Below, one piece after another: positions 18,493-28,562 of a DNA stretch of 64,000 nucleotides. The notes under the pieces were generated by a model, which was given only the letters and a program-made list of their open reading frames with translations, searched no databases and had not been told where the DNA came from. The DNA is taken from positions 1,088,001 to 1,152,000 of the forward strand of contig OY761614.1 in assembly GCA_963664825.1 (NCBI GenBank), in the 5' to 3' direction. The stretch's first letter is position 1. Every line of letters begins with the position of its first letter. This DNA comes from an uncultured Holophaga sp. (lineage in GTDB: Bacteria; Acidobacteriota; Holophagae; Holophagales; Holophagaceae). Made by a program: the position numbers and the translations under genes.

Positions 18493-20793
18493 ATGCGCCC
18501 CGTCCGCAAGCTGCTGCTCCGGGAACTCCTGACCCTTCTGGGCCTGCTGATCCTCGTATCGGTGGCCCTGGTCTGGTTCGGCATGCAGGGCACGCTGGAA
18601 CGCCAGATCGATGCCCGGACCCAGGAGAGCGTGCTGCGCCTGGAGCGGGATCTCCATGGCTACCTCCAGGAAGCCGAGCACCTGGGACAGATCGCCGCGC
18701 ACTGGGTCGAAGAAGGCCGAATCTCGCCGGACCAGCCTCGCACCGCTTACGGCCTGTTGAATCCCCTGCTGAAGGAATCCCCCAGTTCCGCCGATGTGGT
18801 CCTGATGGGGACCGATGGATCAGGCAGCGCGATCTACAAGCGGGAAGGCACCCTGAGCGCCTATGGATTCCAGGCCACCGAAGACACCATGCACCGGACA
18901 CTGTATGTCGAGGCGGGCAAGCCCCTCGAAACCCCTCGGGTGAAGGACATCCCCGTACGTTTCCGAGAGCGCCCCTGGTTCCTGGCGGCCCAGGCATCCC
19001 CGCTGCCTCAGTGGGTGAGCGCCTATCCCTTCCTATCGGCCCCCAAGCATGGCCTCTCCTACGTCGTACCGGTGCAGGATGACTGCGGCCAATTCAAATC
19101 CGTCATCTGTGTGGATGTGCTGCTGGACACCCTCTCCCAGAGGGTCTGGGACACCCGCCCCACGCCCAGGTCCCGGATCCTCGTCTGTGACGCCAAGACT
19201 CAGGTCCTCGTGGCCCCCAGAGGCACCGAGCAGACAGGCCAATTCCTGAGACCCCTGGGCGAAAGCAACTTCCCCCTCTTCCATGAACTGGTCCAGACCT
19301 GGAAATCCACGGGCCACACCTCCACCCTGATCCGCTTCACCCACGGGCACCAATCCTATGCGGGCCGGGTGCTGCCTCTGAGGGGCAGCCGGGGCGCCGA
19401 TTGGCTGGTCTGTCTGGCCGCCCCGGAACGGGATTTCCAAGGGGGCCTTCCCCGGCTCGCGGCCATGCTCCTGGGTGCAGGACTGATCTTCCTGGCGCTG
19501 GTGGCCTGGCGGCTCCAAAGGCTCTCGACACGGATTACGGCGCCCCTCGCCCGCCTTGCCAACGCCGCCGAGGCGCTGGGGAAAGGCGCGACACCGGTGC
19601 CACCGCCTTCGGATATCCAAGAGATTTTCACCCTGGGCCAGGCCTTCCAGAGAGCCGGCCAGGCTCTCGAGAAAGATGCCGAACTCCAGTTGAAGTTCCA
19701 GCATAGCCAGCGCCTGGAGACCGTCGGCACCCTGGCCGGCGGCATCGCCCACGATGTAAACAACCAGCTGGCGGCCATCGTGGGTCAGCTCAACCTGGGG
19801 CGGGAGTACCTGCCCAAGGAGCATCCCGCCGCCCGGCGCATGGAGAAGGCCGAGGACGCCGCCCAGCGCTGCGCCCAGATGATCAAGTCACTCCTGGGTT
19901 TCACCCACCAGGCCCGGCCCGAATTGGAGGATCTCGACCTCAATGATCTGGTGCGCCGCACAGGCAATCTGGTGGAACGCCTCCTGGGGGGCCGCGTGCG
20001 CCTGGAGCTCGATTTGGCTCCGGAGCTGGGATCCGTGCGGGGGGATCATGTGAGCCTGGAGCAGGTCCTCATGAACCTGGCCGTCAATGCCCGGGACGCC
20101 ATGCCCCAGGGGGGCAGGCTGGTAGTGAGCACCCGGCCTGCGGCGAATGGCGAGATCTGCCTTGCGGTGAAGGACACGGGCACGGGCATCCCCGAAGAGA
20201 TCCTGCCTAAGATATTCGATCCCTTCTTCACCACCAAGGAAGTCGGCAAGGGCACGGGACTGGGCCTGGCCATGGTCTTCGGCATCGTACAGGCCCACGG
20301 CGGACGCATCGAGGTCGAGAGTCGGATGGGCAAGGGCACCGAATTCCGCATCCTGCTGGCCTCCCAAGCCCCCTGCCAGGGCCCCGCTCAGCCAGACCCC
20401 ACCCAGGACTTGGACGAGGTGCCCTTCAAAGGCCGACGGATCCTGGTGGTGGATGACGAAGCGCCCCTGCGGGAACTGCTGGCCGAAGCCTTCCTGGGCC
20501 ACCAGGCCCAGGTCGACACCGCCCAGAACGGCGCCGAGGGCTGGGCCCTCTGGCAGGGCAGTCACTACGATCTGGTCATCAGCGATCAGCGCATGCCTGA
20601 ACTCACAGGCCTGGAGCTGCTGGCCCGCATCCGCGCCGCGGGTTCTCACGTGCCCGTCATCCTGGCCTCGGGCCATGGCCTGGAAGGCCTCGAACCCGAA
20701 CTGGCCCGGGACCCGCGGCTACGCCTCCTGTCCAAGCCCTTCAGTTTCAAGTGCCTCTTCTCCCTGGCAGGCGAACTGCTCCAGGAACAATAG
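18493..20793 (+). CDS. Hybrid sensor histidine kinase (Cache-like sensor, HAMP, HisKA, HATPase, REC)
   Basis: Two TM segments, GGIAHDVNN, NLAVNARDAM, FDPFFTTK, GTGLGL and a C-terminal receiver (VVDDE, SDQRMP, KPF). Confidence 0.93.
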   Translation: MRPVRKLLLRELLTLLGLLILVSVALVWFGMQGTLERQIDARTQESVLRLERDLHGYLQEAEHLGQIAAHWVEEGRISPDQPRTAYGLLNPLLKESPSSADVVLMGTDGSGSAIYKREGTLSAYGFQATEDTMHRTLYVEAGKPLETPRVKDIPVRFRERPWFLAAQASPLPQWVSAYPFLSAPKHGLSYVVPVQDDCGQFKSVICVDVLLDTLSQRVWDTRPTPRSRILVCDAKTQVLVAPRGTEQTGQFLRPLGESNFPLFHELVQTWKSTGHTSTLIRFTHGHQSYAGRVLPLRGSRGADWLVCLAAPERDFQGGLPRLAAMLLGAGLIFLALVAWRLQRLSTRITAPLARLANAAEALGKGATPVPPPSDIQEIFTLGQAFQRAGQALEKDAELQLKFQHSQRLETVGTLAGGIAHDVNNQLAAIVGQLNLGREYLPKEHPAARRMEKAEDAAQRCAQMIKSLLGFTHQARPELEDLDLNDLVRRTGNLVERLLGGRVRLELDLAPELGSVRGDHVSLEQVLMNLAVNARDAMPQGGRLVVSTRPAANGEICLAVKDTGTGIPEEILPKIFDPFFTTKEVGKGTGLGLAMVFGIVQAHGGRIEVESRMGKGTEFRILLASQAPCQGPAQPDPTQDLDEVPFKGRRILVVDDEAPLRELLAEAFLGHQAQVDTAQNGAEGWALWQGSHYDLVISDQRMPELTGLELLARIRAAGSHVPVILASGHGLEGLEPELARDPRLRLLSKPFSFKCLFSLAGELLQEQ

Positions 20794-21072
20794 GCCCGAC
20801 GGTTTCTCCCCGTCCCCCCTTGAGCCGCCAGCCCGGAGTGTCCGGGGAGTGCAACCTTGGCTGCCGAGCCCTCCTCTGGGGATGCCCTGAAACAGGCATT
20901 TGTCACAGACGAGTACCGCAGACCGTAAGGATGGACCCTGGAAATTTACGTGATTATGGCGTTTTTGCTTGGGAATGGCTCATAGGGAAATTAACAAAAT
21001 TTCACACCCTCGCCGGGAAGCCGCGTGAGAAGGTCGTTTCAACACACTTGTTCTTTCTTTATTGCTGCATCA

Positions 21073-21106
21073 AGAGCCCCGCACCCTGAGGAGGATGCTG
21101 GGCTCT
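21073..21106 (+). promoter_or_regulatory. Conserved 5'-leader hairpin of protease gene 1
   Basis: AGAGCCC..GGGCTCT stem with a GAGGA apex, 34 nt before the ATG. A covarying counterpart lies at 23801-23834. Confidence 0.5.
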
Positions 21107-21140
21107 GATTCTTTTCCTCACGACTGCATAGGAGATAGCC

Positions 21141-23603
21141 ATGACACATGGCCGCATCGGTCTCACCCTTCTCACCGCCGCCCTGGTGGCCGGCCCCACT
21201 TTCGCCCAGGAACGCGCCCTGGCCAAGGATTCCCTGCTGCCTGCCCGGACGCGGGCCATGGAACTCCGTCAGACCCTCGGCCTGGACGATCAGCACGACT
21301 TCCTCGTGCGCCGCGGCCACACGGATTCCCTGGGCCAGACCCACACTCGCTTGGACCAGCGCTTCCAGGGCGTGCGCGTCTGGGGCGGAGAAGTCATCAC
21401 CCACGTGGACGCCGATGGCGCTAACCGCCCGATGACCAAGGTGCTCCACAGCCGCATCGGGATTTCGGTCCGGCCCACCCTGGATGCCACCGAGGTCCTG
21501 GGCTTGGTCCACACGGATCTGAACCCCCAGGGCCCCTATGCCTACACACCCACCACCGAGCTGGTGATCTTCCCTGACGAGCAGAACCACACCTACAAGC
21601 TCGCCTACCACGTCCACACCCAGCTGGAGAATGGCGTCGGAGAGACCGCCCACACCGATTACATGATCGATGCCCACAACGGCGCGATCCTCAAGAAGTG
21701 GTCCACCCTCCACACCACCGACGCCGTCGGCACCGGCAAATCCCAGTACAGCGGCACCGTCAGCATCCACACGAACCTCAACGGCTCCTCCTACGAGCTC
21801 TATGACGTCTATCGTGCGATGAACATCAAGACCTACAACCTGAACCACGCCACCAGCGGCACGGGCACCCTCTATACCGACGCCGACAACACCTGGGGCG
21901 ATGGCACCAACTATCCCACCGGCACTGGCACCTCCACCACCGGCGCCACCGGCCAGACCGCCGCCGTGGATGCCCACTACGGCATCGAGATGACCTACGA
22001 CTTCTACAAGAATCTCCTCGGGCGCAATGGCATCGATGGCAACAACAAGGCCACTTACAGCCGCGTCCACTACAGTTCCTCCTACGACAACGCCTTCTGG
22101 GACGACACCTGCTTCTGCATGACCTACGGCGATGGCAGCAGCTTCAAGAGCCTGGAAGCCATCGACGTGGCCGGTCACGAGATGAGCCACGGCGTCTGCG
22201 CCAACACGGCGGACCTGAACTACTCCGGGGAGTCGGGCGGCCTGAACGAAGCCAATTCCGACATGTTCGGCAATATGGTGGAGCTCTACGCCAAGAACGG
22301 TGGCAGCCTGCCCGCCACCGTGGCCAACACGGACGGCTGCTGGACCGTGGGCGAGGTGCTCAGTTCCACGCCCCTGCGCTACATGTACAAGCCCAGCCTG
22401 GACGGTTCCAGCCCCAATGCCTGGTCCAGCACCGTCGGCAACCTGGACGTGCACTACAGCTCCGGCCCCGCCAATCGCATGTTCTTCTTCCTGAGCCAGG
22501 GTGCCAGCAGCACCAGCAGTAGCAACTACTACAGCAGCTACGCTCCCAGCGGCTTCGTCGGCATCGGGCCCGAAAAGGCCATCCGCATCTGGTATCGGGC
22601 CCTCAGCACCTACATGACGAGCACCACCAACTACGCCACCGCCCGCACCGCCGCCCTCAGTGCAGCCACCGATCTCTATGGCGCCTCCAGCGCCGAATAC
22701 GCGGCCGTGCAGAATGCCTTCGGCGCCATCAATGTCGGTTCCCTTGCTCCCACGGGCGTGACGGTCGCCATCAGCCCCGCCACCGCCACCGTCGCCGCCG
22801 GCGCCACCTATCAGTTCACCGCTAGCGTCAGCGGCAGCACCACGACCAGCGTCACCTGGACCTGCACGGGCGGCACGGTGAGCACCAGCGGCCTCTTCAC
22901 CGCTCCCACCACCGCCGGGACCTACACCGTGAAGGCCACTTCCACCGCCGACACCACCAAGTCCGCCAGCGCCACCGTCACCGTGACCGCCGCCGGCAGC
23001 GTGAGCGTCTCCATCACGCCCACCACGGCCACCGTCACTACGGGCGGCACCCAGCAGTTCACGGCCACCGTCAGCGGCAGCACCACGACCACCGTCACCT
23101 GGACAGCCACCGGCGGCACCGTGAGCACCAGCGGCCTCTACACCGCTCCCACCACCGCCGGCACCTACACCGTGAAGGCGACTTCCACCGCCGACACCAC
23201 CAAGTCCGCCAGCGCCACCGTCACGGTAACGGCCAGCACGGGCACCATCTATGCCGAGGTCGAGAGCAACGGCACCCTCGCCACCGCCAACGCCGTGGCC
23301 GACACCGTCAAGACCATCACCGGCAAGATCGGAACCACCACCGATCTCGACTACTTCAAGGTCAAGGTCCCCGCCAGCACCACCCTGAAGGTCGCCATGA
23401 CCGGCCCCTCCGGCAAGGACTACGATCTCTACCTCTACAACGCCTCCGGCACCAAGCTCACCAGCAGCACGAATAGTGGGTCGACGGAGAGCATCTCCTA
23501 TGCAAACTCCAGCACCTCGGCGGTCTACTACTATGTGAAGGTCCTTGGATACAGCAAGGCCTATTCGACCAGCACGGGCTACACGCTGACCCTCACACGC
23601 TAG
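21141..23603 (+). CDS. Secreted M4 (thermolysin-like) zinc metalloprotease with two Ig-like repeats and a PPC-like C-terminal domain
   Basis: Signal peptide, FTP/PepSY-type propeptide, NAFWD, HEMSH, GGLNEANSD, VHYSSG; RBS AGGAGA. Confidence 0.95.
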   Translation: MTHGRIGLTLLTAALVAGPTFAQERALAKDSLLPARTRAMELRQTLGLDDQHDFLVRRGHTDSLGQTHTRLDQRFQGVRVWGGEVITHVDADGANRPMTKVLHSRIGISVRPTLDATEVLGLVHTDLNPQGPYAYTPTTELVIFPDEQNHTYKLAYHVHTQLENGVGETAHTDYMIDAHNGAILKKWSTLHTTDAVGTGKSQYSGTVSIHTNLNGSSYELYDVYRAMNIKTYNLNHATSGTGTLYTDADNTWGDGTNYPTGTGTSTTGATGQTAAVDAHYGIEMTYDFYKNLLGRNGIDGNNKATYSRVHYSSSYDNAFWDDTCFCMTYGDGSSFKSLEAIDVAGHEMSHGVCANTADLNYSGESGGLNEANSDMFGNMVELYAKNGGSLPATVANTDGCWTVGEVLSSTPLRYMYKPSLDGSSPNAWSSTVGNLDVHYSSGPANRMFFFLSQGASSTSSSNYYSSYAPSGFVGIGPEKAIRIWYRALSTYMTSTTNYATARTAALSAATDLYGASSAEYAAVQNAFGAINVGSLAPTGVTVAISPATATVAAGATYQFTASVSGSTTTSVTWTCTGGTVSTSGLFTAPTTAGTYTVKATSTADTTKSASATVTVTAAGSVSVSITPTTATVTTGGTQQFTATVSGSTTTTVTWTATGGTVSTSGLYTAPTTAGTYTVKATSTADTTKSASATVTVTASTGTIYAEVESNGTLATANAVADTVKTITGKIGTTTDLDYFKVKVPASTTLKVAMTGPSGKDYDLYLYNASGTKLTSSTNSGSTESISYANSSTSAVYYYVKVLGYSKAYSTSTGYTLTLTR
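22755..23240 (+). repeat. Two tandem 243-bp intragenic repeats (Thr-rich Ig-like domains)
   Basis: Units begin at 22755 and 22998; both contain QFTA.VSGSTTT.VTWT.TGGTVSTSGL.TAPTTAGTYTVKATS. Confidence 0.9.
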
Positions 23604-23622
23604 ACAACGCACTGAATTTAAA

Positions 23623-23652
23623 GAGAAGGGCCACCCTCGGGTGGCCCTTCTC
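23623..23652 (+). terminator. Intrinsic terminator-like hairpin after protease 1
   Basis: Perfect 13-bp stem GAGAAGGGCCACC-CTCG-GGTGGCCCTTCTC. Confidence 0.75.
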
Positions 23653-23800
23653 CTTGTGTATTCAGATTCCACCCAAGATATTTTGCAATTCCTACATAGA
23701 AATATTTTCCTCAAAAATTCACAACAATTAACACCCCAGTCGGCGCCCATTGTGGGAAGGTCGGGCCGGCATCCCAGATCCTTACGCATTTCCTGTTTCA

Positions 23801-23834
23801 AGAGTCCGCCGCCTCGAGGAAGGCACCGGACTTC
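23801..23834 (+). promoter_or_regulatory. Conserved 5'-leader hairpin of protease gene 2
   Basis: AGTCCG..CGGACT and GCCT..AGGC stems with a GAGGA apex, 34 nt before the ATG. Confidence 0.5.
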
Positions 23835-23868
23835 CCGTCCCATTCCTCGACTTAATATGGAGACCGCC

Positions 23869-26328
23869 ATGGCCCTAAGCCGCACCGCTCTTTCCCTTCT
23901 CGCCGCTGTCCTGGTGGCTGGCCCCATGCTCGCCCAGGAGCACCACTTCGCCAAAGAGGCGGCCCCGCTACAATCAGCGCGCTCCCGCGCCCTGGAGCTC
24001 CGCCAGAGCCTCGGCCTGGACAGCCGCCACGACTTCGCCATCCGCCGCGGCCACACGGATGCCCTCGGCCAAACCCACGCCCGCCTGGATCAGTTGTTCC
24101 AGGGCGTGCGCGTCTGGGGCGGGGAGCTGATCACCCATGTCGACGCCGATGGCACCCAGCGGCCCATGACCAAGGAACTCCGCCATGGCATCGGCATCTC
24201 CGTCGAGCCCTCCCTGGCTTCCACGGAAGCGCTGGCTCTGGTCCACGCGGACCTTAATCCCAAGGGACCCTACGCCTACGCCCCCACCGCGGAACTGGTC
24301 ATCTATCCCCTGGAATCCGGGTACACCCTCGCCTACCACATCCACACCCAACTGGAGAATGGCGTCGGGGAGACCGCCCACACCGATTACATGATCGATG
24401 CCCACACCGGCGCCATCCTCCAGAAGTGGTCGACCCTCCACACCACCGACGCCACGGGTTCGGGCATTTCTCAGTACAGCGGCACCGTCGCCATCCACAC
24501 GAACCTCAGCGGCTCCACCTACCAGCTGTACGACGTCTACCGTGCGATGAACATCAAGACCTACAACCTGAACCACGCCACCAGCGGCACGGGCACCCTC
24601 TACACGGACGCCGACAACACCTGGGGCGATGGCACCAACTATCCCACCGGCACCGGCACCTCCACCACCGGCGCCACTGGCCAGACGGCCGCCGTCGATG
24701 CCCACTACGGCATCGAAATGACCTATGACTTCTACAAGAATCTCCTCGGACGCAATGGCATCGATGGCAACAACAAGGCCACCTACAGCCGGGTCCACTA
24801 CAGCTCCTCCTATGACAATGCCTTCTGGGACGACACCTGCTTCTGCATGACCTACGGGGATGGCAGCAGCTTCAAGAGCCTGGAATCCATGGACGTGGCC
24901 GGTCACGAGATGAGCCACGGCGTCTGTTCCAACACGGCCAACCTCAACTACAGCGGCGAACCCGGTGGCCTCAACGAAGCCAATTCCGATATGTTCGGCA
25001 ACATGGTCGAACTCTACGCCCGGAATGGCGGCAGCCTCCCGGCCACCGTGGCCAACACGGACGGCTGCTGGACCGTGGGCGAACAGCTAAGCTCCACGCC
25101 CCTGCGCTACATGTACAAGCCCAGCCTGGACGGTTCCAGCCCCAACGCCTGGAGCAGTTCGGTCGGCAACCTGAACGTGCACTACAGCTCTGGCCCTGCC
25201 AATCGCATGTTCTTCTTCCTGAGCCAGGGCGCCAGCAGCACCAGCAGCAGCAACTACTACAGCAGCTACGCCCCCAGTGGCTTTACCGGCATCGGCCCAG
25301 AAAAGGCCATCCGCATCTGGTATCGGGCTCTCAGCACCTACATGACGAGCACCACCAAGTATGCGGGCGCCCGCACCGCTTGCCTCAGCGCAGCCACCGA
25401 TCTCTATGGCGCCTCCAGTGCCGAATACGCGGCCGTCCAGAACGCCTTCGGTGCCATCAACGTCGGTTCCCTGGCTCCCACGGGCGTGACCGTGACCATT
25501 AGCCCCACCACGGCTACCGTGGCTACGGGCGCCACCTATCAGTTCACGGCTAGCATCAGCGGCAGCACCACGACCACCGTCACCTGGACGACCACCGGCG
25601 GCACCGTCAGCACGAGCGGCCTCTTCACCGCTCCCACCACCGCCGGGACCTACACCGTGACGGCCACCTCCACCGCCGACACCACCAAGTCCGCTTCAGC
25701 CACCGTCACCGTAACGGCCGCTGGTAGCGTGAGCGTGACCATCACGCCCACCACGGCCACCCTCGCCACCGGCGCCACCCAGCAGTTCACGGCCACCGTC
25801 AGCGGCAGCACCACGACCACCGTCACCTGGACGACCACCGGCGGCACCGTGAGCACCAGCGGCCTCTACACCGCTCCCACCACGGCCGGGACCTACACGG
25901 TGAAGGCCACTTCCACCGCCGACACCACCAAGTCCGCCAGCGCCACCGTCACCGTGACCGCCAGCACCGGCACCACCTATGCCGAGGTCGAGAATAACGG
26001 CACCCTCGCCACCGCCAACGCCGTGGCCGATACCGTCAAGACCATCACCGGCTACATCGGCACAACGAACGACAACGACTACTTCAAGGTGAAGGTGCCC
26101 GGGAAAACGACCCTCAAGGTCGCCATGACGGGCCCCTCCGGCAAGGACTACGATCTCTACCTCTACAACGCCTCCGGCACCAAACTGAAGAGCAGCCTCG
26201 GCTCCGGATGCACGGAGAGCGTCTCCTACACGAACTCCAGCTCCTCGGCGGCCTACTACTACATCCGCGTCTACGGATACAGTGGCTACTCGACCACCTC
26301 GGGCTACACGCTGACCCTCACCCGCTAG
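23869..26328 (+). CDS. Secreted M4 metalloprotease, tandem paralog of 21141-23603
   Basis: Starts MALSRTALSLLAA after GGAGA. Same architecture and motifs (HEMSH, GGLNEANSD, VHYSSG). Confidence 0.95.
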   Translation: MALSRTALSLLAAVLVAGPMLAQEHHFAKEAAPLQSARSRALELRQSLGLDSRHDFAIRRGHTDALGQTHARLDQLFQGVRVWGGELITHVDADGTQRPMTKELRHGIGISVEPSLASTEALALVHADLNPKGPYAYAPTAELVIYPLESGYTLAYHIHTQLENGVGETAHTDYMIDAHTGAILQKWSTLHTTDATGSGISQYSGTVAIHTNLSGSTYQLYDVYRAMNIKTYNLNHATSGTGTLYTDADNTWGDGTNYPTGTGTSTTGATGQTAAVDAHYGIEMTYDFYKNLLGRNGIDGNNKATYSRVHYSSSYDNAFWDDTCFCMTYGDGSSFKSLESMDVAGHEMSHGVCSNTANLNYSGEPGGLNEANSDMFGNMVELYARNGGSLPATVANTDGCWTVGEQLSSTPLRYMYKPSLDGSSPNAWSSSVGNLNVHYSSGPANRMFFFLSQGASSTSSSNYYSSYAPSGFTGIGPEKAIRIWYRALSTYMTSTTKYAGARTACLSAATDLYGASSAEYAAVQNAFGAINVGSLAPTGVTVTISPTTATVATGATYQFTASISGSTTTTVTWTTTGGTVSTSGLFTAPTTAGTYTVTATSTADTTKSASATVTVTAAGSVSVTITPTTATLATGATQQFTATVSGSTTTTVTWTTTGGTVSTSGLYTAPTTAGTYTVKATSTADTTKSASATVTVTASTGTTYAEVENNGTLATANAVADTVKTITGYIGTTNDNDYFKVKVPGKTTLKVAMTGPSGKDYDLYLYNASGTKLKSSLGSGCTESVSYTNSSSSAAYYYIRVYGYSGYSTTSGYTLTLTR
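25483..25968 (+). repeat. Two tandem 243-bp intragenic repeats (Ig-like domains)
   Basis: Units begin at 25483 and 25726 and are homologous to those in the first protease. Confidence 0.9.
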
Positions 26329-26343
26329 ATAAAACCTCAGGGA

Positions 26344-26373
26344 GAAAGAGGCCGCCCCTGGGCGGCCTCTTTC
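26344..26373 (+). terminator. Intrinsic terminator-like hairpin (possibly bidirectional)
   Basis: 13-bp stem GAAAGAGGCCGCC-CCTG-GGCGGCCTCTTTC between convergent genes. Confidence 0.75.
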
Positions 26374-26521
26374 CGTGGTTGAGCCGAATCGGGAGCACTC
26401 AGGGGGCCGCAGGCCGATCGCACGGACGATGAAGGTTCTACTTCCGGACGTGAGCCCGGAGCAGGAGCGGAGGGCCACCGTCGCGCAGGAGGTGCGGCCG
26501 TGATGAATGCGATGCCCCTTC

Positions 26522-26866
26522 CTACTTCTTGAAGGTGAAGAAGACAGCCCCCAGGAGACAGAAGGCCGCGTAGAGGTGGTTCAGCGTGAGCCTCTCCTTC
26601 ATGTACCACGCGGCAAAACCCGCGAAGACCGTCAGTGTCACCACCTCCTGGATCACCTTGAGCTGGGGCAGCGTGTAGCGGCCAAAGCCCAGGCGATTGG
26701 CGGGCACCATCAGGGTGTATTCGAAGAACGCAATGCCCCAGCTCACCAGGATCGCGATCCACAGAGGGCTGGCCCGGAAATGTCTCAGGTGCCCGTACCA
26801 AGCGAAGGTCATAAATATGTTGCTGATCACCAGCAACAAGATCGGGAAATAGGTCCGGATCGTCAC
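26522..26866 (-). CDS. DMT-family small membrane protein (DUF486-like)
   Basis: SNIFMTFAWYGHL, SWGIAFFEY, VPANRLG, QLKVIQEV. Confidence 0.9.
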   Translation of the reverse strand: MTIRTYFPILLLVISNIFMTFAWYGHLRHFRASPLWIAILVSWGIAFFEYTLMVPANRLGFGRYTLPQLKVIQEVVTLTVFAGFAAWYMKERLTLNHLYAAFCLLGAVFFTFKK

Positions 26867-26894
26867 GATCTCATTCCATCAGCGGTTCCCTCGA

Positions 26895-28514
26895 CTACCT
26901 CGCGTACTCCACGGCCCGGGTCTCGCGCATGACCGTCACCTTGATCTGGCCGGGATACTGCATTTCGGCCTCGACGCGCTTGGAGACGTCCTTGGCGATC
27001 CAGTAGGCTTGGTCGTCATTGACCTGGCCCGCGTCCACAAGGATGCGGATCTCGCGTCCCGCCTGCATGGCGTAGCTCTTCTGCACGCCCTTGTAAGAGT
27101 TGGCGATGCCCTCGAGCTGCTCGAGACGCTTGACGTAGGTCTCCAGCATTTCCCGGCGGGCACCGGGCCGGGCCGCGCTGAGGGCATCGGCAGCCGTGAT
27201 GAGCATGGCTTCGACGGTCCTGGGCTCGTGATCCCCGTGGTGGCAGCTCATGGCGTGGATGACATCATCCTTTTCGCCAAAGCGCTTCAGGAGATCCATG
27301 CCGATCTCGATGTGGGTGCCCTCCACCTCCCGATCGATGGCCTTGCCGATATCGTGGAAGAGCCCAGCCCGCCGCGCCAGCTTGGCATTCGCACCCATTT
27401 CCACAGCCATGTATTCGGCGATGTGGGCCACTTCCTTGGTGTGTTCCAGGACGTTCTGGCCGTAGCTGGTGCGGTAATTCAGACGCCCAATGAGCTTGTG
27501 CAGCTTGGGATGGACATCCGGGAAGCCCATGGCGATGGCCGCGCTCTCGCCGAGTTCCTTGAGGTGCTGATCCATGTCGATCTTGGTCTTCTCGACGACC
27601 TCCTCAATGCGGGCAGGGTGGATGCGGCCGTCGGCCAGGAGCTTGAGGATGGCCTGACGGGCCACTTCGCGGCGGATGGGATCGAAGCTCGAGACCACGA
27701 TGGACTCGGGCGTGTCGTCCACGATGAGATCGCAGCCGGTGGCCTTCTCCAGGGCGCGGATATTGCGGCCCTCACGCCCGATGATGCGTCCCTTCAGATC
27801 ATCCGAAGGGAGCTGCACGGAACTGACCGCCGCCTCGGAGATCACATCGGAGGCCACCCGCTGGATGGCCGCTCCGATGGTCCAGCGAGCCTTCTTCTGG
27901 GCCTCTTCCTGAGCCTCCTCCTCGATGCGGCGCACCATCTTGGCGGCGTCCATCTTGGCGGTGTACTCCAACTGGCCGATGATCTCGGCCTTGGCCTCGT
28001 CCCGGGTGAGTCCCGCTAACTCCTCAAGCTTGCGAGACTGTTCCTCCACCAGCTTCTTGGCCTCCGTGCGCAGGGCCTCCAGCTTCTCCTGCTCCTCTCG
28101 GGTCCTCTCGGTCTTGAGTTCCAGTTCCTTGGCCTTCTGCTCGGCCTGGGTCAGCTTCTTGTCGAGGCTCTCCTCCTTCTGCTGGAGGCGCTGGCCCTGT
28201 TTATCCAGGTTGCCCATGCGCTCGTTGACGAGGGTCTCGGCCTCCTGACGGGCCTGGATGGACTGTTCCTTAGCCTTGAGTTCGGCTTCCTTCCGGAGGG
28301 CATCGGCCTCCCGCTGGCCCCGCTCCAGGGTCCGGGCGGCCTCCTTCTCGGCGGCCAGCAGGGTCTTCTCCCGCTGAACCTTGAGATCCTCCTCGGCCTT
28401 GGAGGTGGCCTTGGAGACATCCACCACGGCCTCCTGTGCCTTCTTCATCTGAAGAAGAAACCCGGCGCAGGCCGCCACGGCAATGATCAACAGAATCAAA
28501 TCGAGCGCATTCAT
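26895..28514 (-). CDS. rny: Ribonuclease Y
   Basis: N-terminal TM, coiled coil, KH motif KGRIIGREGRNIR, HD motif LFHDIGK, SAARPGAR. Confidence 0.97.
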   Translation of the reverse strand: MNALDLILLIIAVAACAGFLLQMKKAQEAVVDVSKATSKAEEDLKVQREKTLLAAEKEAARTLERGQREADALRKEAELKAKEQSIQARQEAETLVNERMGNLDKQGQRLQQKEESLDKKLTQAEQKAKELELKTERTREEQEKLEALRTEAKKLVEEQSRKLEELAGLTRDEAKAEIIGQLEYTAKMDAAKMVRRIEEEAQEEAQKKARWTIGAAIQRVASDVISEAAVSSVQLPSDDLKGRIIGREGRNIRALEKATGCDLIVDDTPESIVVSSFDPIRREVARQAILKLLADGRIHPARIEEVVEKTKIDMDQHLKELGESAAIAMGFPDVHPKLHKLIGRLNYRTSYGQNVLEHTKEVAHIAEYMAVEMGANAKLARRAGLFHDIGKAIDREVEGTHIEIGMDLLKRFGEKDDVIHAMSCHHGDHEPRTVEAMLITAADALSAARPGARREMLETYVKRLEQLEGIANSYKGVQKSYAMQAGREIRILVDAGQVNDDQAYWIAKDVSKRVEAEMQYPGQIKVTVMRETRAVEYAR

Positions 28515-28562
28515 CGGCTACCCCTTGAGTGAAAGGAGCCGCCAACATGTCCAAGAAATCAG

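Noticed and set aside
20955..20970. Possible sigma54 promoter (TGGC...TTGC) upstream of protease 1
   Set aside because: GG-to-GC spacing is 7 nt rather than the required 10.
21039..24056. 1005-aa antisense ORF opposite protease 1
   Set aside because: It is a Gly/Ala/Val-rich mirror of the strongly biased sense codons, has no recognisable domain and crosses a terminator; a shadow ORF.
22755..25968. Repeats considered as a CRISPR array or mobile element
   Set aside because: They are in-frame 243-bp protein domain repeats with no spacers, and no cas or transposase gene is present.
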